From Cetorhinus maximus (lineage: Eukaryota): 64,000 nt of DNA. The notes beneath the pieces were generated by a model that did not search any database, had not been told where the DNA came from, and saw only the letters and a list, made by a program, of their open reading frames with translations. Both the position numbers and the translations under genes were made by a program. Of this stretch, positions 13,377-24,000 are shown piece after piece; the stretch's first letter is position 1; each line of letters starts with the position of its first letter. Location: assembly GCF_964194155.1 (NCBI RefSeq), contig NC_135898.1, forward strand, positions 13,516,001 to 13,580,000, given 5' to 3'.

Positions 13377-14488
13377 AACCCTGAAAGATTTGCCCTTGCT
13401 TAGTCCAAAGTCCCTGAAGCCAGTTGTAGTGCAACCTATTGCCTTCCTGGTTGGAATCAGGGAACTCAACACAGATCGCAAGTGGAGGCTGGTACTATCA
13501 AGTCTCTACGAGCCATTACCATAATCTTCAACCATCTGGGAAGCTTCATAACTCGGCTTTAATCACAGCTGTTAAGCTAAATATTAATAGATGTTTCATC
13601 ACAGTGACAAGTTCCAGCATTGCCTCTGATGAAAGTGGAATTATGGAGCTTTTACAGCTGTCCTATTTACTGTACATGCTACATAAATATTGCACTCATA
13701 TATATATATATATGTATATAGAACACAACCGTACCTGTATATATACACAGACGAAATGTCCCACGTAGATCTTGCATGTCTTTGCTGCATTGAGCTGTAA
13801 TCGTGCCATAAACATTTGGCCATTTCTAGACACAGAGATCACAAGATAGATACGGATGTGAAACTCTTCTATGTAGAAAGTACCTGCAACTCCTTTTTAG
13901 AGCAAACTACCTTATCCTGCACAACTGAATGTCTCTCCACCTGTGATCACTCAATGTGTAAAAATCTGTGTGAAAGATGGCCCTCACAACACATGTTTCA
14001 TCATATGTTTGCAGAGTAGAGCACCACGTACAATTGTAGAGTATGTGTATACTTGATGTAGCACAGTGTCTGGATAGAATGTGTAATACTGTGTAAAGGC
14101 ACAGGTTCAACACTGTACTGACAGGATACAGAACTAATTCAATCAAGCGAGCTCGAGGAGCAACCATTCATTGAAATAAAAACAAAGTGGTGGAAATACG
14201 CAGAAAATATGGCAGAATCTCGGGAGAAAAGTAGATTTGATATTCAGGTCTGTGATCTTTCATTGGGACCCAATACATGGAAAAAGAAGTAGGTTGTAAT
14301 GAATGGCATAAAGTTAAAATGCTCAGAGAGCAGGTGCAGACACGTTGAGCCGAATGGCCTCCTTCTACACCATAGAAATTCTGTGACTCTGTAGTAGAAG
14401 GGTCTGGCATATGTGGGCTAATATGGGACTGAGTATTATACCACCTACACAGTGATGTAAGACAGCACATAACCAAGACTCTACAACT

Positions 14489-14498
14489 TGGTGGCAGC
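14489..14498 (+). promoter_or_regulatory. Primer binding site complementary to the tRNA-Leu 3' end
   Basis: TGGTGGCAGC immediately after the 5' LTR is the reverse complement of GCUGCCACCA, the 3' end of vertebrate tRNA-Leu(AAG/UAG). Confidence 0.7.
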
Positions 14499-15789
14499 TT
14501 GAGGAAAAACCCAAAACTTTGCAGAACATGCAGAGAAAAACTAAAATTCTGGAAGACTTAGAAAAGGTTCAGCAAAGCAGTCGTACCTGAAAAGATACTC
14601 CAGAAGCACAGGCGCAGAGTAAAAATCATCAAGAAAATGCTCCAAAGAAAGGCTGGGAAGCTGAAGGCAGTGATTTAAAATTCCTTACTGCAGCAGAAGA
14701 CTCCAGTGCACCTCCTTTGGAAGTCCAGCTTCAAATCCCAGAGCACAGAGTCAGCAGACCAAGCAAGGATTTAAAATTACAGCTTGCAGCAAGTCCTGAG
14801 AAGTGTTTAAAAATGTTAGAGTCAGAAGTGCAGTTTGAAAAAGCCATCGCTAAAAACTCAATCCCCAAGTCAGCATCTGAACACGTTGTGTCCGAGCTCG
14901 CCCTGAAAAGATTTATAAATAACAAATTGAACACTCTGGGAGAATTGCAACTTTTTAAACTCGCTAAAAGCAAGGAAAAGCCAGGATTCTACGAATTTGT
15001 GACTTATACATAAATGCTGAGCAAGAGAACCTGGCAGGCAGCCTTTCTAGCCAGCCATTGTTGAAAATGTTTTCAAGCTGAAAGCATTTGCCATTGTTGC
15101 GGAGCCTGCCAAAACTGGCAAACCAAGGAAATCCCTTTGTCTCCAAGTGACCATGACGCCATCTTGAAATTCAGAAAGCCATAGCAATGGGTCCACAGCT
15201 GTCATCATAACACATAGTGGCCGAGCTCAACTGAATGGAAAAAAAATTTCTCTGATTTAGAAATCCACTAGATGGCCTTGGCTTATTGTTTTAAAGATTC
15301 CCTGCAGAGAATGAAAAGCTTAAAAAGACAGCCCCATCGGCACAACGGGAGCCCACCAAAACCTGAGCAGTGTGGCAAGAAGAAAAAAATGTTCCTCTGG
15401 AGCCATCTTGGAAGAAAAGAAAATTAAAGATATACTCAACTGTTAAGAAATATAGCCATGGATAGTAAATTAAAACTACCAGACCCAAAATTGGGCATTT
15501 TGGAAAAGAGAACTTGTATATTACGGGAGTACGTCAGGTTTAAGTCAGAAATCAGAAAAGTACAAGATAATACATTTTATACTCATTTGATGCATTTGCA
15601 AAAGATGCAAGGCATTGATGAATCCTCAACCAGCTTTGATGAGTATTTTAATCTTCAAGTTGTGGAGCACTCAGAGCTTAAAAATAGTAATAGAAAACCC
15701 CCAGTAAAGCTACGAAAGAGAAAAAGACATTACCTGAGTAAGCTACACAAGGGTGCTAGAGAGGCCAAGAACTTTCTGTAAATCCCAAA

Positions 15790-16750
15790 AATAGATCTTT
15801 TTTGGAAGCTGACCTGCAACAGCAGGTGGCAGTATGGAGCAAGCAGCTGACTGTGAATGAAGGAAAGCTATCTGATCAAGTATAAAATACATAACAAATG
15901 CTGCAAAAGGAAAATGAAATAAGGTTGGAAAACATTCGCAACAAAACTGAATTGGAAGATTTGAAACACAAAATTCAAACTCAGTATATACCTTTGAAAA
16001 TGGATGATAAACTACAGTTTTGAATAAACCAAACTGTTTGAGATCTAAAGAAACAAATTTCTGAGATTTCACAAAGGTGTCAGGAGGAAATAACAACTCT
16101 GAATTTTATTGTTGGTAAATCAAAGTGGGTTTGGGAAAACTCAACCGGAAATGCAGCCAGGGACGGCAGCAGGCAGAAAATGCATACCGAGAAGTTGCGG
16201 CCTTGAAAGACTCTTCGAGGAATCAAGACATGTCCCTGGGATAAAATTAGTATTTTTTAAAATTTGAATACGATTTCAGAAAAAGCTGCATTGTAACTTT
16301 CAGTAGTAACAAAGCAATGCTCTGAAGCGCAGAGTGATAGGGCAAGGCTGAACATGAAAATAAACTGTTGAAAGAACAGCTAACTGTCCTTCAAGATTAA
16401 ATTCAAAAACAGTACGTAATGCTTCAGCAGCATGAAGGAATAAAGACTAGATTGAACAGCAGAATGGAGGAACAGCAGAACAAGTTCAATTAAACTCTGT
16501 TAAATTACAAGAAAGCTCAAGACAAAGTAATTGTGCTTCACAAAGGAAAGGAAAACCTGATAAAGGACCTTCACATGTTACAATGATTGTTCAGATCAAA
16601 GTTTGTTCTCTGGAAAATTATGAAGTGAAGCAAAATTAATTTAATGTCACTCTGAAGGAACTGACGAACCAGTTGGCAGAGAAGACTCAGGAGTATTCTA
16701 TACTCCAGGAGGAAGCCAAGTGGGACTAGAAAGATACCACCGAGCTGAAG
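15790..16750 (+). pseudogene. Disrupted UACA-family (UACA/RAI14/ANKRD24/ANKRD35) coiled-coil fragment inside the LTR element
   Basis: Across stops and frameshifts: QTQYIPLKMDDKLQ; ENKLLKEQLTVLQD*IQKQYVMLQQHEGIK; LNYKKAQDKVIVLH; KELTNQLAEKTQEYSILQEEAK. As recalled, UACA has KNHYVPLKV; IKAEYISLAEHEAK; ANYRKGQEEIVTLH; KELKDQLSEQTQKYSVSEEEVK, in the same order. Confidence 0.7.
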
Positions 16751-17004
16751 AAACCTGCTCTGACATTTAGACATTCAGACAAAAACTCAGAAAAACATTA
16801 CATTCCCAAAGAGATATATGAAGAAATGGAAATCAAGAACCTAGACTGGCAAGAGAAAGTAGAACTTCTCACAAAAGAGCGTGAGGAGTACCAGAAACAA
16901 TTGACATAAGTGCATTTACAGAAAGTGAGCTTGAAAGATAGCGCAGAGGAATTATGCTCTACTAAAGAAAAACTGATCAGTGTAGAGAACCAACTTTCAC
17001 ATAC

Positions 17005-17560
17005 GAGTTTGCAAAGGAAAAGTGAAAACTTATGAGAACACTGGAATGTTGCTCACGGCAAGTAGAAATCCTTAAATGATGAATTTGTAGAAGCAAATTC
17101 AACTAAGATAGATCTTCATTTAAAACTTGATGAACCTAAAGCGCCAGAAGTCTCCAGTAAGCATCATGCAAAATGCCTGGAACAGGAGAAGGAGTTGCTC
17201 AATCAGCAGAAAAGTTGCTTGAAAGCAGAATTAACAATGAAAACTGATGAATTTCTTGAACTTTGGCCCAATCTGAACAACGTGAAGGCTGAGATACACA
17301 GTATGGAAGAGCAAATCCAGACTTTGAAAGCAGATAAGAGAAATTCTACAAAACAGATTGATCTAACGAGTGAATTGAAAGAGTCTGAGGAGCAGACAGT
17401 GACGACAGAAGACAGATTCTGAACAGAACTAAATGTCCAGGTGAAGTTGTCAAGTGTATATGAGTTCCGCAGATAACTATAAAACAAAGGCAACTCAGCT
17501 GACCAGAGTAGTTGCTGAGCTGAATGAAAAGATTCATAAGCTCGAAAATCAACTGGAAAA
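17005..17560 (+). pseudogene. TPR: Disrupted, intronless fragment of nucleoporin TPR N-terminal coiled coil inside the LTR element
   Basis: [95 protein letters not shown]. As recalled, TPR has [97 protein letters not shown]. Confidence 0.82.
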
Positions 17561-18469
17561 AAAGGAAGTACTCAAAAATTTGGATAAAATTGTGAAGCAA
17601 GTGGGTATGAGGGTTCCATTTTTGATACATAAGCTTCCCCATACATTGTGACAACCCACATGATGACAGAAGAAGTGAAAAAAGCGACAAGGCAACAAGC
17701 ACAATGTTCGTCCACCCAGCAAGAAATCAGCTAAGGTAGCAATCATCGACCAGCGCAACAGCCAAACCAAACAAGTGCGGTTGAACATGAAGGAATAGAA
17801 GAAAAGGATGAAAACCTATGCAGATGCAAGAACAACCTGCAAACCTACAGGAAGAGCCAGCAGCGACAGAGCCTACCACTCCAACAGTAGTGTGAACGAG
17901 ATATGGAAGGGTTATAAGGCCTTCAGACCACCTGAACCTTTAAATGCAAGAGATGTAAGGGGGGAGGCGGGGCAGTGATAATATAGCAATGACATTGTGA
18001 ATGTATGATAGGAATAATAATGTAAGGCATAAGGTAAACTATAATCATTTAAAATACATTGGATAAAGACTTGGGGGAGGTGTAGTATAAGTGTTTGGCA
18101 CATATAGGGTTAATGTGAGACTGAATACAGTACTACCCACACAGTGATATAAGAGAACACATAACCTGTACCCATGGTCAGTTGATTATTGGACAAAGGT
18201 GTGAGGACCAGCAAGCATGGAGCCAACTCCTAGCTTGTACCCTTTACTGTACATTTGTTTATATATTTCTCAGAGTCAATGAAGACTTAGGTAACCTACA
18301 TATGACTACAAAGACTTATTCAGATCTACTGCACTGTTGCCAAAACCCCACAACAACGAAGGTGAACAAAGTGGAAGAGACAAACAGAAATCTGGTCAGA
18401 GAAAAGTGCAGAACTTCCTCAAAGTGTGCATTCCTGGAAGGGAAGTGGCATTGAATTAAAAAACTATTA

Positions 18470-18600
18470 TTGAAAACAAAATACTGCTGGAACTCAGAAA
18501 TTAAAACAGAAAATGTTGGAAACACTCGGCAAGTCTGACAACAGCTGTGGTGAGAGAAACAGAGTTAATGTTTCAGGTCTGTGATGTACAATCAGAACTC
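18470..18600 (-). mobile_element. Solo Penelope-type terminal repeat (decayed)
   Basis: Similar to the terminal repeats at 56670-56790 and 58020-58174. Further decayed copies at ~14170-14270 and ~40870-40975. Confidence 0.55.
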
Positions 18601-19289
18601 CCTAAACCGTTCCTGAAATTCTGTTCCAGCCTTCAAAGGTTGAAGAGTTTAGCTGATTTGTAAAGCAATTTAAAATTCAGGATTGTCAGTTATTCCTGGA
18701 TGCTGTATTATATAATTGGGCTGGTTGCCCGAATGTATGCCTCTGGCTTTGAGCCTCCCGACTATCAAGAGGTAACCGCCAGAAAATCACAGACTTCCCC
18801 CTCTTGATTTCCCGGTCAGAGTGGATAGAAATGCATAGGAAGCCTAAAGTTTGCTGCTGTATGCCTACAGTTAGTACTGCTCCTTTTTGAAAACCTACAT
18901 TCAGAAAATTAGGTTTAATGTGTGAGATACACAGGATTGCTTATCCTATTCTCCCCTCCGCCTGTTCCTGCAGCACCCTGCTTTTTACCAGTTTTCCCAT
19001 TCACAGTCTCACCCTTGCCATTTTAGCTTTTCACAATGTCTTTCCCAGCTGCACGTCTTCCTAGCGCCTGGCATAAGCATTATCGGCATTCCTTTTTTTC
19101 AAGAATATACTTCATTCATCAAATGTCTAAAAGAACATTACAAAACATTTCAAAATGGTCATTACACAAATTGCAATGATATTCAAATTTTCTACATTGA
19201 TCATGTTGCATTCTGAGGTGCTTCAATACAATTGTGAAATATGTAATATTTACTGTATACATTCTATGTGAGTCATGCAGCTCAAGGCA

Positions 19290-19650
19290 TTCTACACAGT
19301 TACCAGCCCCTTGATGCACTCTGGCTGAAAGTCCTCAGACAGTGACCTTTCCTCATTGGCCTCTGCAATGGCTGCCTCAAACTTTAGTGCGTCTCTCAGC
19401 ATGTAGTCCTTGGCCTTGGAATGTGCCAGTCTGCAAGACCTGGTCATGGACAACTCTTTGCACTGGAAAACCAACAAGTTTCGGGTAGACCAAAGAGCGT
19501 TGATGATCCTCCAGCTGCAGCTGATGTTTGTCTTGGCGTGTGTCCCTGGGAACATCATCTGCATTACACTCAGGCCATGACTCTCCCAGCCTCCTATTCT
19601 AACAGGCGCCATGACTTAATACAGAAAACTAGTCCACTCTCCCAGTTAGC
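19290..19650 (-). mobile_element. Tx1-like LINE 3' remnant
   Basis: FPGTHAKTNISCSWRIINALWSTRNLLVFQCKELS..DYMLRDALK matches the C-terminus of the 38543-39727 ORF. Confidence 0.75.
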
Positions 19651-20199
19651 TTAGTCTTTGTGACTGACTGCCCTCTGGAATCACAGTGCATGTGATTGGG
19701 ACAGTCCCAAAGTGGAACCAAAATGCTCCACTGGACTGTATGTCCTGGAAACATCTGGATACCTGTTCCCTTGCCTGTATACTCAGAGCTACACATCTGG
19801 ACAAACACATCCCGAGATGATGGACTGCAGCAGTTCAAGAAGGCAGCTCATCACCCACCAACTTCTCAAGGGCAACGAGGGATGGGCAATAAATGCTGGC
19901 CTAACCAGCCAAGCCCACATCCTGCGAATGATTTTTTTTTAAAAAAAAGGATTGGGAAGCGTTGGGGCAATCACAAGTTATGTACAAATGAATGAGTTGC
20001 AGGCAGTCTACTCCAGTCAAAAACAAGCAGAATGGAGCTTAGTTTCTCCTTGTCTTGAAGATACATCGGTGCAACAAACTCGCCAAAAGGAGCATCCCCA
20101 CACGCACAATCAATCACAAGAGGAGTGTGCTCTCGCACTGAGACGGGTGGGAACTGGCTGACTGTTCATCTGTCAATCCTGCCTGCCTGCTGATGTCTC

Positions 20200-21060
20200 C
20201 CTCTCTCTCTCTCTGTTGACGCGTCTGACTATTTGAAGCCAGGCGTTGTTCTGAGTGTTCGGCTGTCAGCCGGAGGCGTGGAGCGAGCACAAGGCACACG
20301 CACTTGGCCTCGACTGGAAAAGGAAGAGGAAGAAGATCAGCTCCTTTAACGTTTTAAGTTGCACTCGGGCTGGAGAGACAAGGGGGAAGTGTGCAGGAGC
20401 TGTCTCCAGCCAGCAGGCCTTTCACTGTGTTTAGCAGAGGATTTCCCTGGGGCTTACCCCTGTCAGTTTTCACAGTGTAACGCAGACTTGGCGCTGTTTT
20501 GAGGGAGGGAGGGGGGGGGTGGGGGCACAGACACAGCCAGTCTCCGCCGCCAGCCTTTCAGCTTCCCCCACCTCCCCCCTCCAACCCCCAATTCTGTGTT
20601 GAGATCAGTACCTGGGACCATTGATGCACCCTTTCCAGTGGTGTAACGGTAAGGAGGCTGTCTTTTTGTGTCAAATTGTGTCCTAGCTGAAACCGAGGGT
20701 CTGTGCATCTTGTTCAGTGGTCTGATGGTGAATGGGGGAGAGCGCCGGAGCTGCCGAGAACAATGAGAAGGACGGATTCCCCCTTCTCGCACGGCAGCAG
20801 CGGTCAGCCGGCCGTCGCCAGCCCAGGCTTTTGTGTGCGGCGTAAGCGCTGGACTACAGGAGACAGCCATTCATCCGCCGCTCAACCAGGAATGCAGGGG
20901 AGCCCGCTTCGGGATGGGGAGATTATTGAGGCTCAAAGAATGGAGCTACACGGGGGCTGGGGGGAGGGGGGGGGGTGTTGGTAAGAGGAACGAACCCCTC
21001 GGGTTCCGAGTCAGAAAAGTATCGGGGTTCAGTTTCTGAGGAATGCAGCTCGATTACCAT
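20200..21060 (+). promoter_or_regulatory. GC/CpG-enriched RNF122 promoter and first-exon region
   Basis: Local CpG enrichment and G-tracts around the ATG at 20624. Confidence 0.55.
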
Positions 21061-24000
21061 CAGGGTCAGAGGGGTCCAGGGAATGAAGAATGGAGATCAC
21101 AGGGGTTCAGGAGGCAGAATGTTGTTTACAAAAATGCCTGCCAGGCAAAATAGAGATTCATAGGCCCTTGTGCATAGAGAGATTGTTTTTGTAAGATCAT
21201 ATACTCAGTGTACGAGCATGGATATACACTCTTTTTGGTATCGATTTAATGTGTGTTTAAGTGTAATATGTATATTCAATATAGCAAGTAAAATGCTATT
21301 TGAATATGGCCACTGAGTCATGCCTGCAGCATCCCAGGTGTTGAATAAGAGTGAGACCCAGTACCAGAGCAGGACCTGATTATCTCTCAAGGTAATGTAC
21401 AGTAACCTGCATATAATCCTCAGTATAGAAATAGGCTATTCAGCCCAACTGGTCTATGCCAGTGTTTATACTCCATATAGGCCGCCTCCCACTCTTTCCC
21501 ATCTTGCACCCATATTCCTCAATTTCCTTCTCCCTCACGTATGCATCAAGCCTCGCCTTGAATGCTTGAAGCGCTCCATGCGGCACTGAGTTCCACATTC
21601 TCACCACTCTGTGTAAAGCACGAGTCAAGAAATTCCTCCTGAAATCTTTATTTGGCCTGTTTGACTCTTATAATTACCTCCCCTTGTTCACCCAAAAGTG
21701 GAAACGGATTCTCCCCATCACCCCAAGAAAGAAAAACCATAATCATTTTGCAGAACTCTATCCAAAGACAGGAGCCCAAGCCTGGCCAATCTTTCCTGAT
21801 AGTTGCATCCTCTCAATTCTGGTAACATCCTTGCAACTCTTTGCCATGCTTTCTCCAATGTTTCAATATTGTATTTGTAGCATGAAGGCCAGAACAGCAC
21901 AGCAGGTTGGGTACAGTCTAACCAAGGGTTTATGACAAGTTAACATACCTCTGCTGTTTTTGTATTCTGTTCCTCCAGAAATGAACACCTATGCTTTGTT
22001 TGCATTCTTCTTGGTCTTACCAACGTGATTCTCTGATTTACGTATGTCTTCCTGGATCTCTTTGTTCCTGCATCCTATTTTGTTTCTTGTCTTCCAAGAA
22101 ATAGATGGCTTCCTTATTCCTCCTACCAAAATGAACCACCTCATGTTTTGCTGTATTGAATATAAATTTCCATTTATCTGCCCACTCCGCAAGCCTGTTT
22201 ATGTCTTCCTGTATTTTGGTGCGCCCCTCCAAATTTTTAATTACAAGCACCACTCTTTTAGTTCATTCTTAGGATGAGGGCATTGCTGGCAAGGGCAGCA
22301 TGTGTTGCCCTTTCCGAATTGCCCTTGAAAAAGTGGTGGTGTACCATCCCATCAAATACAACTGGGTGGATTGCTGTGCCGTTTGAGAGGTCAGTCCAGA
22401 GCCAAAAACATTTCAGAGACAGGTCAGACCAAGTAAGGATGGCAAATTTCCTTCCCTGAAGGACATTAGAGAACCAAATATATCTTTACAACAATCTGCT
22501 AGTTTGATAGTTATCATTACTGATAGCATTTTTATGCTAATTTATTTAATTAATTGAATTTAAATTCCCCAGTTGCCGTGGAAAGATTTGAACCTCTGTC
22601 TCCAAACTTTAGTCCAGGCCTCTGGATTCCTCTGGATTACTGGTCCAGTAACTGTGCTGCCATATCATATTTGATATTTACAACAATCATAATGGAGGCT
22701 AAATTTCAGTGCAGATTAGGAATGATGTGTTGCAGTGTATATCAGGCTTACTGAGAGATATTCACATGCTTCAGACCTAGATGGTGAACTGTCCCTGACT
22801 CCTTGTGGTGGAACCATAGCTACTTCTCAGAAACAGAATGTTCCAGTGATCTGAGGTGGTTATCAGTTTCCTCCCTTCTGCATTCGGAATCACAGACTAT
22901 TAAAACCAAAATTCCAAGTCATCACTTCTTAATTTACCTATTCTTATTTGCTACTCTTTTCAGCTTTATTCATGTCCTGCACCATGGGTCTTTGCCCTCC
23001 ATTTGGGTTTTTTTTTAAAGTAACATTATCTGTTAGGCTGACTGGTCTCTGCCAGAGTGGGAGCCAGTTGGACACAATTGCCCTTAGTGGCCTTTGCCTA
23101 AGGAAGTAAAAATCAGCCAGATCTCCTACTTCTGAATCCCCTCGATGGAAATTGAGCATGTGTGGATGTGACTGGAATTCCTCCCGTGGTGAAACAGCCA
23201 GTTGACACACATGCACAAATAAAGGGATAGACAGTGAGTGACAGTCCCTTCAGGAGAACTGGGAGAAAATTTGCAAGGGAGAATAATATAGGTGCACAGT
23301 CTCCTAACATCACGAAGAAGGTGGGGGAAGGGAAATTAAAGTTTTGACCCTAAGATATCATGTGAACCATTAATGTCTCACTCCTGTTTCTCTCACTTTC
23401 CCAGGATGTTTCTGTGGTTTGGGGTTGATTTACTCGAATAAATCGTGCACAATGCCTCCAATAACCTTCCAGGATCTTCCGTTGAACATCTACATGGTGA
23501 TATTCGGCACTGGAATCTTTGTCTTTGTGCTGAGTCTGATATTCTGCTGTTATTTTATCAGGTAACTCTCACCCCCCTGTCTGCAGTGTTTATCCAGTCT
23601 TTCTGTACTTATCAAGGTGTGGTATGTTTATGCAGGGGTACAGTGGTGTCAGCATTAAGCTTCGCTGAAGCTACATTCGCCAAAATGTACCTTGACTCAG
23701 AAGAATATCTTGACTGCACTGGTGGTACTTTTCCACTGCCCACGCCAGCCGTCCTGAGATTGCTGAATTAGGAACAGTCTTGGTTGGTTTTGTACCCAAA
23801 TCCCAGAGGTGAAAGGCCAGTGTCCGCCTCTTGAACTGCTGCCAAGCTATGATTTGTATTGCTTCCTCTGCAGGTCTTTCCTGTGCTTACCCTGTGCAAG
23901 CGTGTGGTGTGGTTGGTCATTATCTTTACTGGTTTCGATACACAGTGCCCTGCTTCTGAAAGTTGTGCTGTAACCCCCATGAGGATAGATAACAATGCAA

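Larger units (their letters stand above)
14390..18355 (+). mobile_element. Non-autonomous Gypsy-type LTR retroelement carrying captured host coding sequence
   Basis: 5' LTR 14390-14488 (internally deleted) and 3' LTR 18081-18355 share TGTAGTA.AAG.GT.TGGCA...ACACAGTGAT.TAAGA...CACATAACC and CCAA.AC.C.ACAAC ends. PBS TGGTGGCAGC at 14489-14498, PPT GGGGGAGG at 18073-18080, pol-tail peptide TRYGRVIRPSDHLNL* at 17896-17943. Confidence 0.82.

Noticed and set aside
14717-17651. A functional host coiled-coil gene between GGH and RNF122
   Set aside because: Numerous stops and frameshifts, no splice structure, and it is bounded by LTR/PBS/PPT. Treated as retroelement cargo.
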